The notes under the pieces: model-generated | What the model saw: the letters and a program-made list of their open reading frames with translations, nothing else | Databases searched by the model: none | What the model was told of the DNA's origin: nothing | Position numbers and translations under genes: made by a program | Shown here: piece by piece, positions 50,982 to 63,166 of the stretch | Layout of the letters: every line of letters begins with the position of its first letter | Numbering within the stretch: the stretch's first letter is position 1 | Assembly (NCBI RefSeq): GCF_041886205.1 | Contig: NZ_CP169029.1 | Direction: 5' to 3' (one strand) | From: Escherichia coli | GTDB lineage: Bacteria; Pseudomonadota; Gammaproteobacteria; Enterobacterales; Enterobacteriaceae | Length of the DNA: 64,000 nucleotides

Positions 50982-51618
50982 ATGCATAAAAAAACGCCTG
51001 CTCTTATTACGGAGCAGGCGTTAAAACAGGTCTGTATGACAACAAGTGGGTGCTTCACTCAACGTTGTGTCCATGGTGTCTGATGAGGCATAAGCGACAT
51101 CTGTCAGTGGACGATAAGCACCGTAAACGGCTCTGCGTCATTCCGGAGTTTATGAGGCACTAAGGCGAACATAAGAGATAGAATGAGCATCTACTCGTTT
51201 ATTATGCCACAGAGAATCGGGAAATAACATCCCTTAACACTTGTTATGAGATAATTCTGTACCCCTCTTTGCTTCCTGAGTAATAACTTCCTGAGTGAAT
51301 ATTTACCCTGAGCTTGATTCTACACATACTCATTATGAATGATAAAATTCATTCAATTAATAACACATATATTAATTGCTGTTAAAACTAAAAACAGCAT
51401 CAATAATCAACGCGATATAATAAACCTGCCTTACATATCAACTGCGCCAGAGGTAGGATTGAAAATGCTCTCCTGATTTTTAAATTCATTTTTGGGATAA
51501 ATAAATAATTTATTTTTATCACTATTATTTATGCAATCATCCTGTCAGGGAGAGGGATCTCAATTATCAATGCTTAATTACGTCATCATTTTGATGACAT
51601 GAAACCGGAGCATTTTGC

Positions 51619-53274
51619 ATGGAATTTTCGTTTTCACCCAAACTTCTTGTTGTTGCTGTCGCCGCCGCTCTTCCTCTCATGGCCAGCGCAGCTGATACCC
51701 CGTCAACTGCCACCGCACGCAAAGGCTTTGCCGGATACGATCACCCAAACCAGTATCTGGTTAAACCGGCGACCACTATTGCCGACAACATGATGCCAGT
51801 AATGCAGCATCCGGCGCAGGATAAAGAAACCCAGCAGAAGCTGGCAGAACTTGAGAAAAAAACCGGTAAGAAGCCCAACGTAGTGATCTTTCTTCTGGAT
51901 GACGTGGGCTGGATGGACGTCGGCTTTAACGGCGGCGGCGTGGCAGTGGGTAACCCTACACCAGATATCGACGCCGTTGCCAGCCAGGGGCTGATTTTAA
52001 CTTCGGCGTATTCTCAACCAAGCTCTTCCCCAACCCGCGCCACCATTCTCACCGGACAATACTCCATCCACCACGGCATTCTGATGCCGCCAATGTACGG
52101 GCAACCGGGCGGGCTGCATGGGTTAACCACGCTGCCGCAGTTGCTGCACGATCAGGGCTACGTCACTCAGGCCATCGGGAAATGGCATATGGGAGAAAAC
52201 AAAGAGTCGCAGCCGCAGAACGTTGGCTTTGATGATTTCCGTGGCTTTAACTCGGTGTCTGATATGTACACCGAATGGCGCGACGTTCACGTAAACCCGG
52301 AAGTGGCCCTGAGTCCGGACCGTTCTGAATACATCAAGCAATTACCGTTCAGCAAAGATGACGTTCATGCAGTGCGCGGCGGCGAACAACAGGCCATTGC
52401 CGACATTACGCCGAAATATATGGAAGATCTGGATCAACGCTGGATGGACTATGGCGTTAAGTTCCTCGACAAGATGGCGAAGAGCGATAAGCCTTTCTTC
52501 CTCTATTACGGCACTCGCGGCTGTCACTTCGATAACTACCCGAACGCCAAATATGCGGGTAGCTCTCCGGCGCGCACCTCTTACGGCGACTGCATGGTGG
52601 AGATGAACGATGTGTTCGCTAATCTGTATAAAACACTGGAGAAAAACGGTCAGCTTGATAACACGCTGATCGTCTTTACCTCCGATAACGGACCGGAAGC
52701 CGAAGTACCGCCGCACGGACGCACACCGTTCCGTGGTGCGAAAGGTTCGACCTGGGAAGGCGGCGTTCGCGTACCGACTTTCGTTTACTGGAAAGGGATG
52801 ATCCAACCGCGTAAATCTGACGGTATTGTCGATCTGGCAGATCTCTTCCCTACCGCGCTGGATCTGGCAGGGCATCCTGGAGCGAAAGTGGCGAATTTAG
52901 TGCCGAAAACCACCTTTATCGATGGTGTGGACCAGACATCCTTCTTCCTGGGAACAAATGGTCAGTCTAACCGTAAGGCCGAGCACTACTTCCTCAACGG
53001 TAAACTCGCTGCTGTGCGTATGGATGAGTTCAAGTATCACGTCCTGATTCAGCAACCTTACGCTTATACCCAGAGCGGATATCAGGGTGGATTCACCGGC
53101 ACAGTAATGCAAACGGCGGGATCGTCGGTGTTTAACCTGTACACCGATCCGCAGGAAAGCGACTCTATCGGCGTGCGCCATATTCCGATGGGTGTACCGC
53201 TACAGACCGAAATGCACGCATATATGGAGATCCTGAAAAAATATCCACCACGCGCGCAGATTAAATCTGATTAA
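51619..53274 (+). CDS. aslA: Arylsulfatase-family protein AslA
   Basis: 551-aa ORF with signal peptide [24 protein letters not shown] and sulfatase signature region ([17 protein letters not shown]). Confidence 0.93.
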   Translation: MEFSFSPKLLVVAVAAALPLMASAADTPSTATARKGFAGYDHPNQYLVKPATTIADNMMPVMQHPAQDKETQQKLAELEKKTGKKPNVVIFLLDDVGWMDVGFNGGGVAVGNPTPDIDAVASQGLILTSAYSQPSSSPTRATILTGQYSIHHGILMPPMYGQPGGLHGLTTLPQLLHDQGYVTQAIGKWHMGENKESQPQNVGFDDFRGFNSVSDMYTEWRDVHVNPEVALSPDRSEYIKQLPFSKDDVHAVRGGEQQAIADITPKYMEDLDQRWMDYGVKFLDKMAKSDKPFFLYYGTRGCHFDNYPNAKYAGSSPARTSYGDCMVEMNDVFANLYKTLEKNGQLDNTLIVFTSDNGPEAEVPPHGRTPFRGAKGSTWEGGVRVPTFVYWKGMIQPRKSDGIVDLADLFPTALDLAGHPGAKVANLVPKTTFIDGVDQTSFFLGTNGQSNRKAEHYFLNGKLAAVRMDEFKYHVLIQQPYAYTQSGYQGGFTGTVMQTAGSSVFNLYTDPQESDSIGVRHIPMGVPLQTEMHAYMEILKKYPPRAQIKSD

Positions 53275-53310
53275 GCCGGCGCTATCGCTACATCGGGCCA
53301 CACTGACCTT

Positions 53311-53411
53311 GCCGGATGCGATGCTGACGCATCTTATCCGGCCTACAGAACGTTGCAATTTATTGAATTTGCAAGGATTGTAGGCCGGATAAGGCGTTCA
53401 CGCCGCATCCG
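53311..53411. repeat. BIME/RIP-type element: two inverted REP units flanking an IHF-like core
   Basis: gccggatgcgatgctgacgcatcttatccggcctac ... acgttgcaatttattgaat ... taggccggataaggcgttcacgccgcatccggc between the convergent aslA and aslB; the core is identical to the one at 34821..34839. Confidence 0.8.
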
Positions 53412-53439
53412 GCAATCAACCGCAGGCGGCCGCCGATTT

Positions 53440-54675
53440 CTACTTACTCACCACCAGCAAATGCGCCTGCATAATGTCGCTGGCCGGGCGACCGTGCGCC
53501 AGCAAATCAGCCATTGCTTTAAGATATGGCGGTAGATGGCGGAAATAACGCTGATATCCGGCACACAAATAATTCAGCCCCGGTTTGCCGCTGGCATCGA
53601 GCATGAAGCGGTGTTTCGGGCAGCCTCCCCAACATGCTTTTAACACGTTACAACTGCGACACTGCGCCGGTAACTGCTTAAATTTATCTTCACCAAACAC
53701 CTGCTGTTGCGGGGAATCGATCATTTCTGCAATTGTTTGCTGGTGCATATTCCCCAGCCGATATTGCGGATAAACATAGTGATCGCAGGCGTAAACGTCG
53801 CCGTTGTGCTCAACAATCACCGAGCGCCCACAGGTTGGCTGATGATGGCAAACCGCACCCGGCGCACCGACAAAATTGGCAAACGCCCATTCGATATTCA
53901 TCACGAAAATCTTGCCGACGTCGCGTTTGATCCAGTGGTCGAATATCGCCACCAGAAACTCACCGAACTCCTCGGGGCGCACCGACCATTCCGTTAGCTC
54001 ACCCTGAATATCACCAGGCGCATGTAACTTAAGTCCATCGCGGGCAGCTGTTTCATCAGCCAGGCGCTCGACCACCGGAATAAACTGGATGAATTCGACT
54101 CCCACATCGCACAAAAAATCATATACCTGCAACGGTTGCTGCGCGCTGGTGCGATTAACGCAGACCAGCACGTTATAGTCGACATGATGCTTTTGCAGCA
54201 GCTTCAAGGCACGCATCACCAGTTTATGCGTGGGTCTGCCGCCTTTGGTCACGCGATATTGATTGTGGATCTCAGCCGGACCATCCAGCGATAACCCAAC
54301 AAGAAAATGATTTTCTGCCAGAAATGCACACCATTCATCATCGAGCAGCACGCCGTTAGTCTGGAAGCTGTTACTTATCTTCCTGCCAGCACCATATTTC
54401 GCCTGTAGCGCCACGGCACGGCGGTAAAAATCCAGCCCGAGTAACGTTGGTTCGCCGCCCTGCCAGGTAAAAGCCACTTCGTTTTGGGTTTCGCTGGCGG
54501 CGATATAGTGACGGACATACGCTTCCAGCGTGTCATCGTCCATATGCGTGACTGGCTTTTCGCGGTAAATGGATTGTTTTTCGAGATAAAAACAGTAGTC
54601 ACAGTTCAGATTACAATCGGAACCGCTCGGTTTCGCCATCACATGAAAAGCACGCGTTGGAATCTGTTGCAGCAT
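53440..54675 (-). CDS. aslB: Anaerobic sulfatase-maturating enzyme homolog AslB (radical SAM)
   Basis: 411-aa product from MLQQIPTRAFHVMAKPSGSDCNLNCDYCFY... (CxxxCxxC radical-SAM motif); the ORF-track start at 54705 is an upstream extension. Confidence 0.92.
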   Translation of the reverse strand: MLQQIPTRAFHVMAKPSGSDCNLNCDYCFYLEKQSIYREKPVTHMDDDTLEAYVRHYIAASETQNEVAFTWQGGEPTLLGLDFYRRAVALQAKYGAGRKISNSFQTNGVLLDDEWCAFLAENHFLVGLSLDGPAEIHNQYRVTKGGRPTHKLVMRALKLLQKHHVDYNVLVCVNRTSAQQPLQVYDFLCDVGVEFIQFIPVVERLADETAARDGLKLHAPGDIQGELTEWSVRPEEFGEFLVAIFDHWIKRDVGKIFVMNIEWAFANFVGAPGAVCHHQPTCGRSVIVEHNGDVYACDHYVYPQYRLGNMHQQTIAEMIDSPQQQVFGEDKFKQLPAQCRSCNVLKACWGGCPKHRFMLDASGKPGLNYLCAGYQRYFRHLPPYLKAMADLLAHGRPASDIMQAHLLVVSK

Positions 54676-54791
54676 GGTCGCTCCTTGCCTGAAGTCATCC
54701 TTCAATACGTTAAGGGCGAAATCATACCGTGGGACAATGAGTTATTACGGGCGTTTATTGCGAAGGGAGAGTGACGAAATGCACAGAAAAC

Positions 54792-54813
54792 AAAAAACCC
54801 CGCCGAAGCGGGG
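54792..54813 (-). terminator. Rho-independent terminator of the tRNA operon
   Basis: Minus strand: ccccgc-ttcg-gcgggg hairpin followed by TTTTTT, immediately 3' of proM. Confidence 0.8.
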
Positions 54814-54821
54814 TTCAAAAT

Positions 54822-54898
54822 TGGTCGGCGAGAGAGGATTCGAACCTCCGACCCACTGGTCCCAAACCAGTTGCGCTACCAAGCTGCGCTACTCGCCG
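54822..54898 (-). tRNA. proM: tRNA-Pro (anticodon UGG)
   Basis: Reverse complement reads CGGCGAGTAGCGCAGCTTGGTAGCGCAACTGGTTTGGGACCAGTGGGTCGGAGGTTCGAATCCTCTCTCGCCGACCA. Confidence 0.97.
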
Positions 54899-54940
54899 AA
54901 ATACTGCTTTTTGAATTTTTAGTTCAATTCTTTAAAGTCG

Positions 54941-55027
54941 TGGTGCGAGGGGGGGGACTTGAACCCCCACGTCCGTAAGGACACTAACACCTGAAGCTAG
55001 CGCGTCTACCAATTCCGCCACCTTCGC
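54941..55027 (-). tRNA. leuT: tRNA-Leu (anticodon CAG)
   Basis: Reverse complement reads GCGAAGGTGGCGGAATTGGTAGACGCGCTAGCTTCAGGTGTTAGTGTCCTTACGGACGTGGGGGTTCAAGTCCCCCCCCTCGCACCA (87 nt, long variable arm). Confidence 0.97.
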
Positions 55028-55047
55028 ATTGTCACAACTTCTAATAA

Positions 55048-55124
55048 TGGGGTGGCTAATGGGATTCGAACCCACGACAACTGGAATCACAATCCAGGGC
55101 TCTACCAACTGAGCTATAGCCACC
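55048..55124 (-). tRNA. hisR: tRNA-His (anticodon GUG)
   Basis: Reverse complement reads GGTGGCTATAGCTCAGTTGGTAGAGCCCTGGATTGTGATTCCAGTTGTCGTGGGTTCGAATCCCATTAGCCACCCCA, including the extra 5' G. Confidence 0.97.
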
Positions 55125-55181
55125 ACTACAAATCTTGTTACGCGGTATTACTACCACCGCAGCTCAAGCGCCGGGACTAAA

Positions 55182-55258
<77 letters not shown>

Positions 55259-55360
55259 TTAGCGCCGTTGCGGGGGTGGATAATACGGACTTCCCACCCC
55301 TCTGTCTAGTCTCTTTTTAAATAAATTGCGCGTTTGGTTACGGTTTGTGCGTTTTGCTGC

Positions 55361-56746
55361 TTATTCCTCCAGTTTATGTGCTTTACCGTGGCGATTAAGC
55401 CCAAAAACTTTATAAATCGCCGTCACCGCCAGCATAAAGATGATGCCGACAAACAGCGACATACGCGTATCTTCATTAAAGTACATGCCGATCAAAACGC
55501 AAATCAGGAATGCCATTGTTACGTAGTTGGCCCACGGGAACAGGATTGAGCGGAACGGATGGCTGGCAATCGCCGCTTTATGTGCACGCCGAAAACGCAG
55601 CTGGCTTATCAATATCACAAACCATGGCACCATCCCCGGAAGCACGCTGGCACTGTAGACGTAGACAAACACACGCTGCGGATTGGGAATGATGTAGTTC
55701 AGGCATGAGCCAATTAGCAGAATAGCAATAGATACTGCCACACCCGCAACTGGTACGCCGTGACGGGAAACTTTCGCCATCGCCGCCGGTAACTGACGGT
55801 TTTTCGCCAGTGCGTAGAGCATACGTCCGCAACTGTACATGCCGCTGTTACAGCCAGAGAGCGCAGCCGTCAGCACCACAAAGTTGATAATGCCCGCCGC
55901 TGCGGTAATACCGATTTTGGCAAAAGTCAGTACGAACGGGCTGCCGTTGCTGCCAATTTCATTCCACGGGAAGATGGTGACGATAACGAAAATCGCGCCT
56001 ACGTAGAAAATCAGGATCCGCCACAGCACTTTGCCTACGGCACTGCGCAGCGTCACCTGCGGATTCTTCGCTTCACCGGCAGTAATGCCAATCAGCTCCA
56101 CGCCCTGGTAGGACGCCACCACAATACACAGCGCGGTCAGGAACCCTTTCCAGCCACCCGCAAAGAAACCGCCATGCTCTGTGAGATTGCTAAAACCAAT
56201 CGACTGCCCGCCATTGCCAAAGCCAAAGAAAATCACGCCCAGGCCAATGACAATCATCACGATAATCGTGGTGACTTTGATCATCGCGAACCAGAACTCG
56301 ATTTCGCCGTACAACCGCACCGCCGCCAGATTCGCCAACGCCACCAGCGCCACCGCGATCAATGCAGGTATCCACTGCGCCATCTCCGGGAACCAGAACT
56401 GGACATAAACGCCAATGGCGGTGATTTCAGAGATCCCCACCGCCATCCACATAAACCAGTAAGACCAGGCGGTGAGATAGCCAAAGAACGGGCTCATATA
56501 ACGATGCGCATAAACGGCGAACGAACCGGTAACCGGTTCGAGGAACAACATTTCGCCCATTGAACGCATGATGAAAAAGACGAACAGCCCGGCGATGATA
56601 TAGGCCAACAATACGGATGGCCCGGCCCATTTCAGGGTACTGGCGGCCCCCATAAACAGGCCGACGCCAATAGTGCCCCCCAGGGCGATGAGTTCGATAT
56701 GTCGAGCTTCCAGCCCACGCTGTAGCTCTGGTTTGTTATCTGCCAT
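55361..56746 (-). CDS. yifK: APC-family amino-acid permease YifK (Thr/Ser transporter)
   Basis: 461-aa [36 protein letters not shown]..., 12 TM segments. Confidence 0.95.
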
Positions 56747-56936
56747 AAATCCTCGTGTTGTGTTTGCATGCTTTCCGGTGTTACCGGTTATCGTTATGGG
56801 TACATCGAGTGTTGCGAATGTTTTCGTAATTCAGGAGAAATGGCAAATAAAGCATTAAAAATTTGAATGCTTTGTGTAATAAAAAGACAGGCAGGCGACG
56901 AAGTGACCACTCCGTCGCTATACAAAGAGAGGAAAA

Positions 56937-57677
56937 TCAGAGATCGCCGGTGTAATGCCAGCGTAAATAACGCAGCAAACGAAGCTGACGCTTAATGCGG
57001 CTCGGCTGCGAAAGCAGGCGGTAGAGCCACTCCAGTCCCAGCGTTTGCCAGATTTTCGGTGCGCGTTTTACGTGACCGGTGAAAACATCGTAAGTCCCGC
57101 CAACGCCCATATACAGCGCATCTGGATGCACCAGACGGCAGTCGCGCATGAAGATCTCCTGCTTTGGCGATCCCATCGCAACGGTGACGATTTGCGCTCC
57201 GCTGGCATGAATGCGTTCAAACAGCGCCTGACGCTGCTCGGGTTTAAAATAACCATCCTGACTGCCAACGATATTCACATTCCATTGGTTGCGCAGTTTA
57301 GCTTCAGTTTGCGCCAGCACTTCAGGTTTACCGCCCACAAGAAATACCGGCGTCCCTTCTTTGCCTGCGCGCGCCATCAGCTCTTCCCAGAGATCGGCAC
57401 CGGCAACGCGGGAAACCTGCGCCTGCGGGTACTTTTTACGTACTGAACGTACAACGCTGATGCCATCCGCATATTTAAATTCGGCAGCGTTAATTAACTC
57501 CCTGACCTCGGCGTTATCTTCAATGGTCAGCATTTTTTCAGCATTAATGGCAACTAGCGTTCCCTGCTTAAGCTGCCCGTCAGCAAACAGATAATCGAGG
57601 GCGTGCTGCATATCACGCCAACCAATCAACTGTAAGCCACGCAGCGTATAGGTCGGTGCCGTGGTGTTGTTATTCAT
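56937..57677 (-). CDS. wecG: UDP-N-acetyl-D-mannosaminuronic acid transferase WecG (ECA biosynthesis)
   Basis: 246-aa [34 protein letters not shown]...; WecB/TagA/CpsF glycosyltransferase family. Confidence 0.95.
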   Translation of the reverse strand: MNNNTTAPTYTLRGLQLIGWRDMQHALDYLFADGQLKQGTLVAINAEKMLTIEDNAEVRELINAAEFKYADGISVVRSVRKKYPQAQVSRVAGADLWEELMARAGKEGTPVFLVGGKPEVLAQTEAKLRNQWNVNIVGSQDGYFKPEQRQALFERIHASGAQIVTVAMGSPKQEIFMRDCRLVHPDALYMGVGGTYDVFTGHVKRAPKIWQTLGLEWLYRLLSQPSRIKRQLRLLRYLRWHYTGDL

Positions 57678-57679
57678 TG

Positions 57680-59032
57680 TTATCCTTCAACCTGCGTCCG
57701 GAGCGATGATTTTGTACGTTTATGAATGAGTCCGGCGCTTTCAAAAAGCCAGTACAACAGTTTTGCGATCATCAGACATGCGCCGAAGACCACGATAAAA
57801 AAGACTACGCGTGAGACAAACGAATCCAGCCCTTCACGTGCCAGCACGATCATATTGAAGATCGCCCCAAAGCAGAAACTGTGCAATATCGCAGCCTTAT
57901 AGCGATTAGTCTCGCGGTTGCCCAGCTCATACAGCCAGTCGAACCATTTGATGATCAGTCCAACCACAATCGCCCCGAGCGGGATGAACAACGCGCCGCC
58001 CATCACCACCAGTGAGCCTATAAGCGTAGGCGAGATCGCCAGTCCGGAGTGGTTATTCAGCACTTCCCAGGTAAAGTAGTTGGCTGAGTTCAGCACCATA
58101 CTCGGGCGACCCGGCCACAGCCAGGAAGGGATAAAGACATAGAAATCGCGGACAATTGGAGCCAGGCCCTGGAAGTCGATGTTGTCGTAGTTCTGCAACA
58201 GCAACGCCAGATTCTCCCACGGCGAGAAGGTGTCGCGAGTGAGATAGAGAAATGTATAGAACGCTTCATCGCCGCTCACATTCATTCCATAGCGTTTTAG
58301 CGCCAGCCAGAACATGCCAACAATCCCCAGCACGCCCGCCGCCGCCAGCATCCACAACGAAATCCAGCCGCGAATAATGCCAATAAACAGGAAGATAGCG
58401 AATGCGATGATGATATTAGCGCGAGTGCCGCCGACAATCATATAAGTCAGCAAGCCAAAGGCGACCGTGCTGACGAGGAAAAACAGCCACGCTTTGCTGT
58501 CCTGGCGCAGAAAGTAGACCACCAGCATCGCCGGGATGAAAAAGTAAAAGAAGCGTTTTAACGCCACGCCGGAGACTTCACTGGAGAAGATCTGACTGTA
58601 GGAGTTAAGCCGGAACAGCAAAAAGCCGTTGTGCATGAAGAAGATGCCGACGCTTACCAGCGCGATGCCCATCAGGATCACCCACGTGAGATTGGTCTCC
58701 ACGCGGTTCATGGTAAACAGCGGACGGCGCGGTACATCAGCAACGCGTTTGCGTAGGCGGGTTTTGTAGGTGACATAGTAAACCGCGTAGAAACAGCCCG
58801 CAGAAAGCAACGCCTGCAACAAGATTTCTGGCGGCGCGACACCAACATCAAAGCGAAATACCAGCACGCTGGTCAGTGGGAAGCCGAAGAAAAAGGTGAG
58901 CAAAAACAGCAATGAAAAGAAGACATTGAAGTTAAAGCGCACACGGCGAAACTCAAACCAGGTCAGCGTGGCAATAAACAGCGTGCAGAGCAGCCAGACA
59001 ACAAACAGGCCACTGAATTGCAGCAGACTCAT
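57680..59032 (-). CDS. wzyE: ECA polymerase WzyE
   Basis: 450-aa polytopic membrane protein [23 protein letters not shown]...; starts 4 nt inside wecF. Confidence 0.95.
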
Positions 59033-60108
59033 GCGACCTCCCCGGCGGCAATCGCCAACGCCCGCTGCCAGCCTTGTAGATAGTTAGGGCTAAAGAAGGC
59101 AATGGTGTTTTTATCCACCGACGCCAACTGGCGCTGCGCTTCACGCACAATATCCTCGTTGAGATCGTCGGTAGTAAACAGCACTGGCAAATGCTGTTCC
59201 GTCATATCCTGCCAGAACGGATTTTCCCGGTTAAGCACACAAGGAATGCCCGCCTGAATCAGTAAGCACAGCGTACCAATGCCCTGCTGGCGGGCAAAAA
59301 TAAAGTAACCAAGATCGCACTGACGAAGTAGCGCCAGATAGGCGTCAAATTCCAGTTTTTCGCTCAGAACTTGCAGATTTTCTTCGCTGAATAACTCCAG
59401 CCCCACCTGACGAACTTCCTCGATGTACGCTTCGTTATTAGGCGGATATCCCATCGGCACCACCACTTTTACCATATCGCCAAATTGCTGATGAACGGCG
59501 CGCAAGGCAGCAATATGCTCATTGCTGCGGTCGCCGGAGTTCCCCACCAGAATGGTCATTTTCCCTTCACGTTGCCGAGCGTTCGCCATCGTATTGAGAG
59601 AAGGGTCCATCCGCGTCGGGAAGTACAGCAGTTCGCCCCGCACCTTTGGATGCGTTTTGGCAAAAAAGCTCAAATCGCCGCGGGTGGCAAATACACAGCC
59701 GACTCGCTTTTGCGCCAGGCGACGTAGTGGGTAAAAAAGCTTATATCTCAAACCACTGGAAAGTTCGTACAGGTCTGCCCCCCAGATATGCCAGTAAAAC
59801 TGGCTGGGCTTAATGCCACCATTCAGCAGAGCCAGCCACAGTGTGGGATTGAACTGACCGTGGAAGAAAAAACGCTGCTGACGGTTAGCTTTTGCTTTCG
59901 CGATGACCGCTTCCGCCAGCGATTTTTTCCCAGGGAAAAATTGCACAGAAAGCGCCGGACAGCTATCACTTAAGCCGTCGTCCTTGCCAACAACCATAAA
60001 CTCGCGCGCGTCCTCGCTCGCCGCGGCCAGCGAGTCATTGAAAAACCGCAAAACGGTTCGGTTATGGTGAGGGATATCCGATCCCAGTACGTGAATCAGT
60101 ACAGTCAT
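59029..60108 (-). CDS. wecF: TDP-Fuc4NAc:lipid II 4-alpha-fucosyltransferase WecF
   Basis: 359-aa [30 protein letters not shown]... Confidence 0.95.
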
Positions 60109-61355
60109 GCCCGCCTACGCCAGAGTAAAAACACGCCACAACAAAGAGAAAAATAGACGATATAGGTTGCCATATAGGCCTGCGCCGCGCCCAGTGCACC
60201 ATGCGCAGGGATTAGCCAGTGGGCAAATACCATCAATAAAGTGAACTGGCTGACTTCCGCCAGAATATAAAACCGCAGTGACGCTTTGGCGATCACCAGA
60301 TAACCAAATACATAAGCGCCCACTTTTAACACATCACCCACCAACTGCCAGGCAAAGAGATCGCGCATAGCGGTAAATTTATTCGACAACAGCAGCCAGA
60401 TAGCAAAATCACGCAGCAACCAGACGGTAAAACTCGCTGCCGCTACTGCCGGTAAGACGAATTTCAGCGATTTAACCACTTCCCGGGTGATATCGCGCTT
60501 TTCCGTTAGCCGCGACAACGTGGGCAGCAAATATACGCTGAACGATGCCGTAATAAATTGCAGGTAGGCATCGGAAATACTGCTCACCCCTTGCCAGATC
60601 CCCACCTCATCCCAGCTATACTGCGCCGCCAGCAGTTTACGCATCATGATGTAAGCAACAGGCAAGGTCACCGACGTAATCAACGCCATGAGCGTAAATT
60701 TGCTCAACTGCCCTGCCAGACCGTTATCCCAGCTGGGTTTCAGATAGCTTAACGGGATGACACCACGTTTGATCAACATGATGGCGGCAGGGATTACCAC
60801 CAGCGCGGGAATCAGCGCCAGACCCAGCAACGCCCCTTCATAACCGCCCAAACGGTAACTGACGTAGTACGCGAGAACGCCAATCAAGCTGCCAACAATC
60901 AGAGATAACGCATTACCTGCGGCATCGCGAAAGCCTTTCATCAGCGCCAGTAACAGGTTGCCCCAGGCGATCCCCATTTGCACCAGCGCCACTAAACGCA
61001 CCAGCCCCTGATAGTCGGTATTACCAAACAATCCCTGGCTGATTGGCGCTGCTGCCAGCACAAAAACCAGCGCCATCAGCGTAGAGAAACCAAGTACCAT
61101 CGCTGATGAAGTGCCGACCACGCGGCGCAGCTGTTGCGGATTATTATGGTACTGGGCAACGTATTTGGTTACACCGTTAAAGATGCCAGCCCCGGCAAGC
61201 ACGCCGAGCACGGTAATCAACTGGCGGAAATTTGCCGCCAGCCCAAGCCCCGCCGGACCAAATGACACCGCCAGCAACTTACCGACCAGTAACCCGGCAC
61301 CAATCTTGACCAGTGTACTGGCCGCCGTCCACAAGGACGCTTTCGCCAACGACAT
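60105..61355 (-). CDS. wzxE: ECA lipid III flippase WzxE
   Basis: 416-aa polytopic membrane protein [26 protein letters not shown]... Confidence 0.95.
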   Translation of the reverse strand: MSLAKASLWTAASTLVKIGAGLLVGKLLAVSFGPAGLGLAANFRQLITVLGVLAGAGIFNGVTKYVAQYHNNPQQLRRVVGTSSAMVLGFSTLMALVFVLAAAPISQGLFGNTDYQGLVRLVALVQMGIAWGNLLLALMKGFRDAAGNALSLIVGSLIGVLAYYVSYRLGGYEGALLGLALIPALVVIPAAIMLIKRGVIPLSYLKPSWDNGLAGQLSKFTLMALITSVTLPVAYIMMRKLLAAQYSWDEVGIWQGVSSISDAYLQFITASFSVYLLPTLSRLTEKRDITREVVKSLKFVLPAVAAASFTVWLLRDFAIWLLLSNKFTAMRDLFAWQLVGDVLKVGAYVFGYLVIAKASLRFYILAEVSQFTLLMVFAHWLIPAHGALGAAQAYMATYIVYFSLCCGVFLLWRRRA

Positions 61356-61356
61356 A

Positions 61357-62487
61357 TCAGGAGAAGTAGTTCAACAAAGTCGCAATTACCGTACGCTGAT
61401 TGACGGGCGACAAGTTGTAGAACAGCGGCAGGCGCAGCAGGCGCTCGCTCTCTTTGGTGGTGTAGCGATCTTCACCGTGGAACTCACCAAAGCGTTCCCC
61501 CGCAGGGCAACCGTGCAAAGGAATGTAATGGAACACCGCCATGATTTCCGCTTCTTTCAGAAAGTTAATCAACGCGCTCCGGTCATCAATATCCCGCAGT
61601 TTAATGTAGAACATATGCGCGTTCTGCACGCAGCCATCGGGAATCGACGGCAGCTCGATACGCCCGGCTTTCGCCAGAGGCGCTAACGCATCGTAGTAGT
61701 TTTGCCACAGCGCCAGACGTTGCTGGTTGATACGATCCGCTGCCTCCAGTTGCGCCCACAGGTACGCAGCTTGCAGATCGGACATCAAATAGCTGGAGCC
61801 GATATCTCGCCAGGTATATTTATCGACCTGACCACGGAAGAACTGGCTGCGGTTAGTGCCTTTTTCACGGATGATCTCGGCTCGTTCGATCAACGCTTTA
61901 TCGTTAATCAGCGTCGCGCCGCCTTCACCACCCGCCGTGTAGTTTTTGGTTTCATGGAAGCTAAAGCAGCCAATATGACCAATGGTTCCCAGTGCACGCC
62001 CTTTGTAAGTGGACATCACGCCCTGAGCGGCATCTTCCACCACAAACAGATTATGCTTTTTCGCCAACGCCATAATGGTGTCCATTTCGCAGGCCACGCC
62101 CGCGTAATGCACCGGCACGATAACGCGCGTTTTGTCGGTGATCGCCGCTTCAATCAACGTTTCGTCGATGTTCATGGTGTCCGGGCGAACATCCACAAAA
62201 ACGATTTTTGCGCCACGCAGCACAAAGGCATTGGCGGTGGAGACAAAGGTGTAGCTCGGCATGATCACTTCATCGCCAGGCTGGATATCGAGCAGCAGCG
62301 CCGCCATCTCCAGCGAAGCGGTGCAGGATGGCGTCAGTAACACTTTGGCGCTGCCAAAACGTTGCTCCAGCCACTGCTGGCAGCGACGGGTAAAACCGCC
62401 ATCGCCACACAGTTTGCCGCTACCCATTGCCGACTGCATATAGTCGAGTTCGGTTCCCACCACCGGCGGTGCGTTAAATGGAATCAT
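61357..62487 (-). CDS. wecE: TDP-4-keto-6-deoxy-D-glucose transaminase WecE
   Basis: 376-aa ORF MIPFNAPPVVGTELDYMQSAMGSGKLCGDGGF...; DegT/ArnB aminotransferase family. Confidence 0.95.
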   Translation of the reverse strand: MIPFNAPPVVGTELDYMQSAMGSGKLCGDGGFTRRCQQWLEQRFGSAKVLLTPSCTASLEMAALLLDIQPGDEVIMPSYTFVSTANAFVLRGAKIVFVDVRPDTMNIDETLIEAAITDKTRVIVPVHYAGVACEMDTIMALAKKHNLFVVEDAAQGVMSTYKGRALGTIGHIGCFSFHETKNYTAGGEGGATLINDKALIERAEIIREKGTNRSQFFRGQVDKYTWRDIGSSYLMSDLQAAYLWAQLEAADRINQQRLALWQNYYDALAPLAKAGRIELPSIPDGCVQNAHMFYIKLRDIDDRSALINFLKEAEIMAVFHYIPLHGCPAGERFGEFHGEDRYTTKESERLLRLPLFYNLSPVNQRTVIATLLNYFS

Positions 62488-62491
62488 GTGA

Positions 62492-63166
62492 TCACCTGTA
62501 TAACCAGTACGCGGTGCTTTCTACATTCGCACCACTTTGTATGTATCGTTTAAGCGCGGCGGTGTTGCCCATTTGGGTCGCCACCCGCAAAGTTGTTTTA
62601 CCGCGAGCATACGCCCAGTTTAGCGCCGTTTGCATCAGCTCAGCACCTACACCGCGTCCAGCCAGCAGGCCAATTCGCGCATCTGTCGCATTGAGTTCCC
62701 GTAAAGAGACATAACCGCGAATACCGCCGGACACCGCACGTAAAATCAGACATTGATGATCAAAGGTGCCGCGCACGGCATTTTCAATCCACTGTGCATA
62801 AAAGCGTCTGCTGGCGTCAGGCGCATACCACGGCGCACGAAAACGGCTTTGCGCAAATGCGGCGCTGGCTAACTGACGTAATGCGGGAATATCGGTCTCT
62901 TGTGCCACTACAGCACCACTATCACTGACATTGTTCACGGGTAGTGCCAAATCAACTTCACCTTCTACCAGGGAGAATCCCAGCTGTTGCAGGGCATCCA
63001 GTTCACCCGTATTTGATGCCGCAATTTTGGCCTGCACCCGTGACCACGGCGCTAACACGTCTGGCGTCAGGAGCGGTGCTTCAGACGTAATGCGCACGAT
63101 GGCGCTGTTAACACCAAAGAAGGCGTTTTCCCAGGTTAGTGGCTCAATACTGGCGCGGACGGGCAC
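62492..63166 (-). CDS. wecD: TDP-fucosamine acetyltransferase WecD
   Basis: ORF of 224 codons [38 protein letters not shown]... (GNAT family); the true start may be internal, giving a shorter product; the longest form overlaps rffH by 23 nt. Confidence 0.88.
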   Translation of the reverse strand: MPVRASIEPLTWENAFFGVNSAIVRITSEAPLLTPDVLAPWSRVQAKIAASNTGELDALQQLGFSLVEGEVDLALPVNNVSDSGAVVAQETDIPALRQLASAAFAQSRFRAPWYAPDASRRFYAQWIENAVRGTFDHQCLILRAVSGGIRGYVSLRELNATDARIGLLAGRGVGAELMQTALNWAYARGKTTLRVATQMGNTAALKRYIQSGANVESTAYWLYR

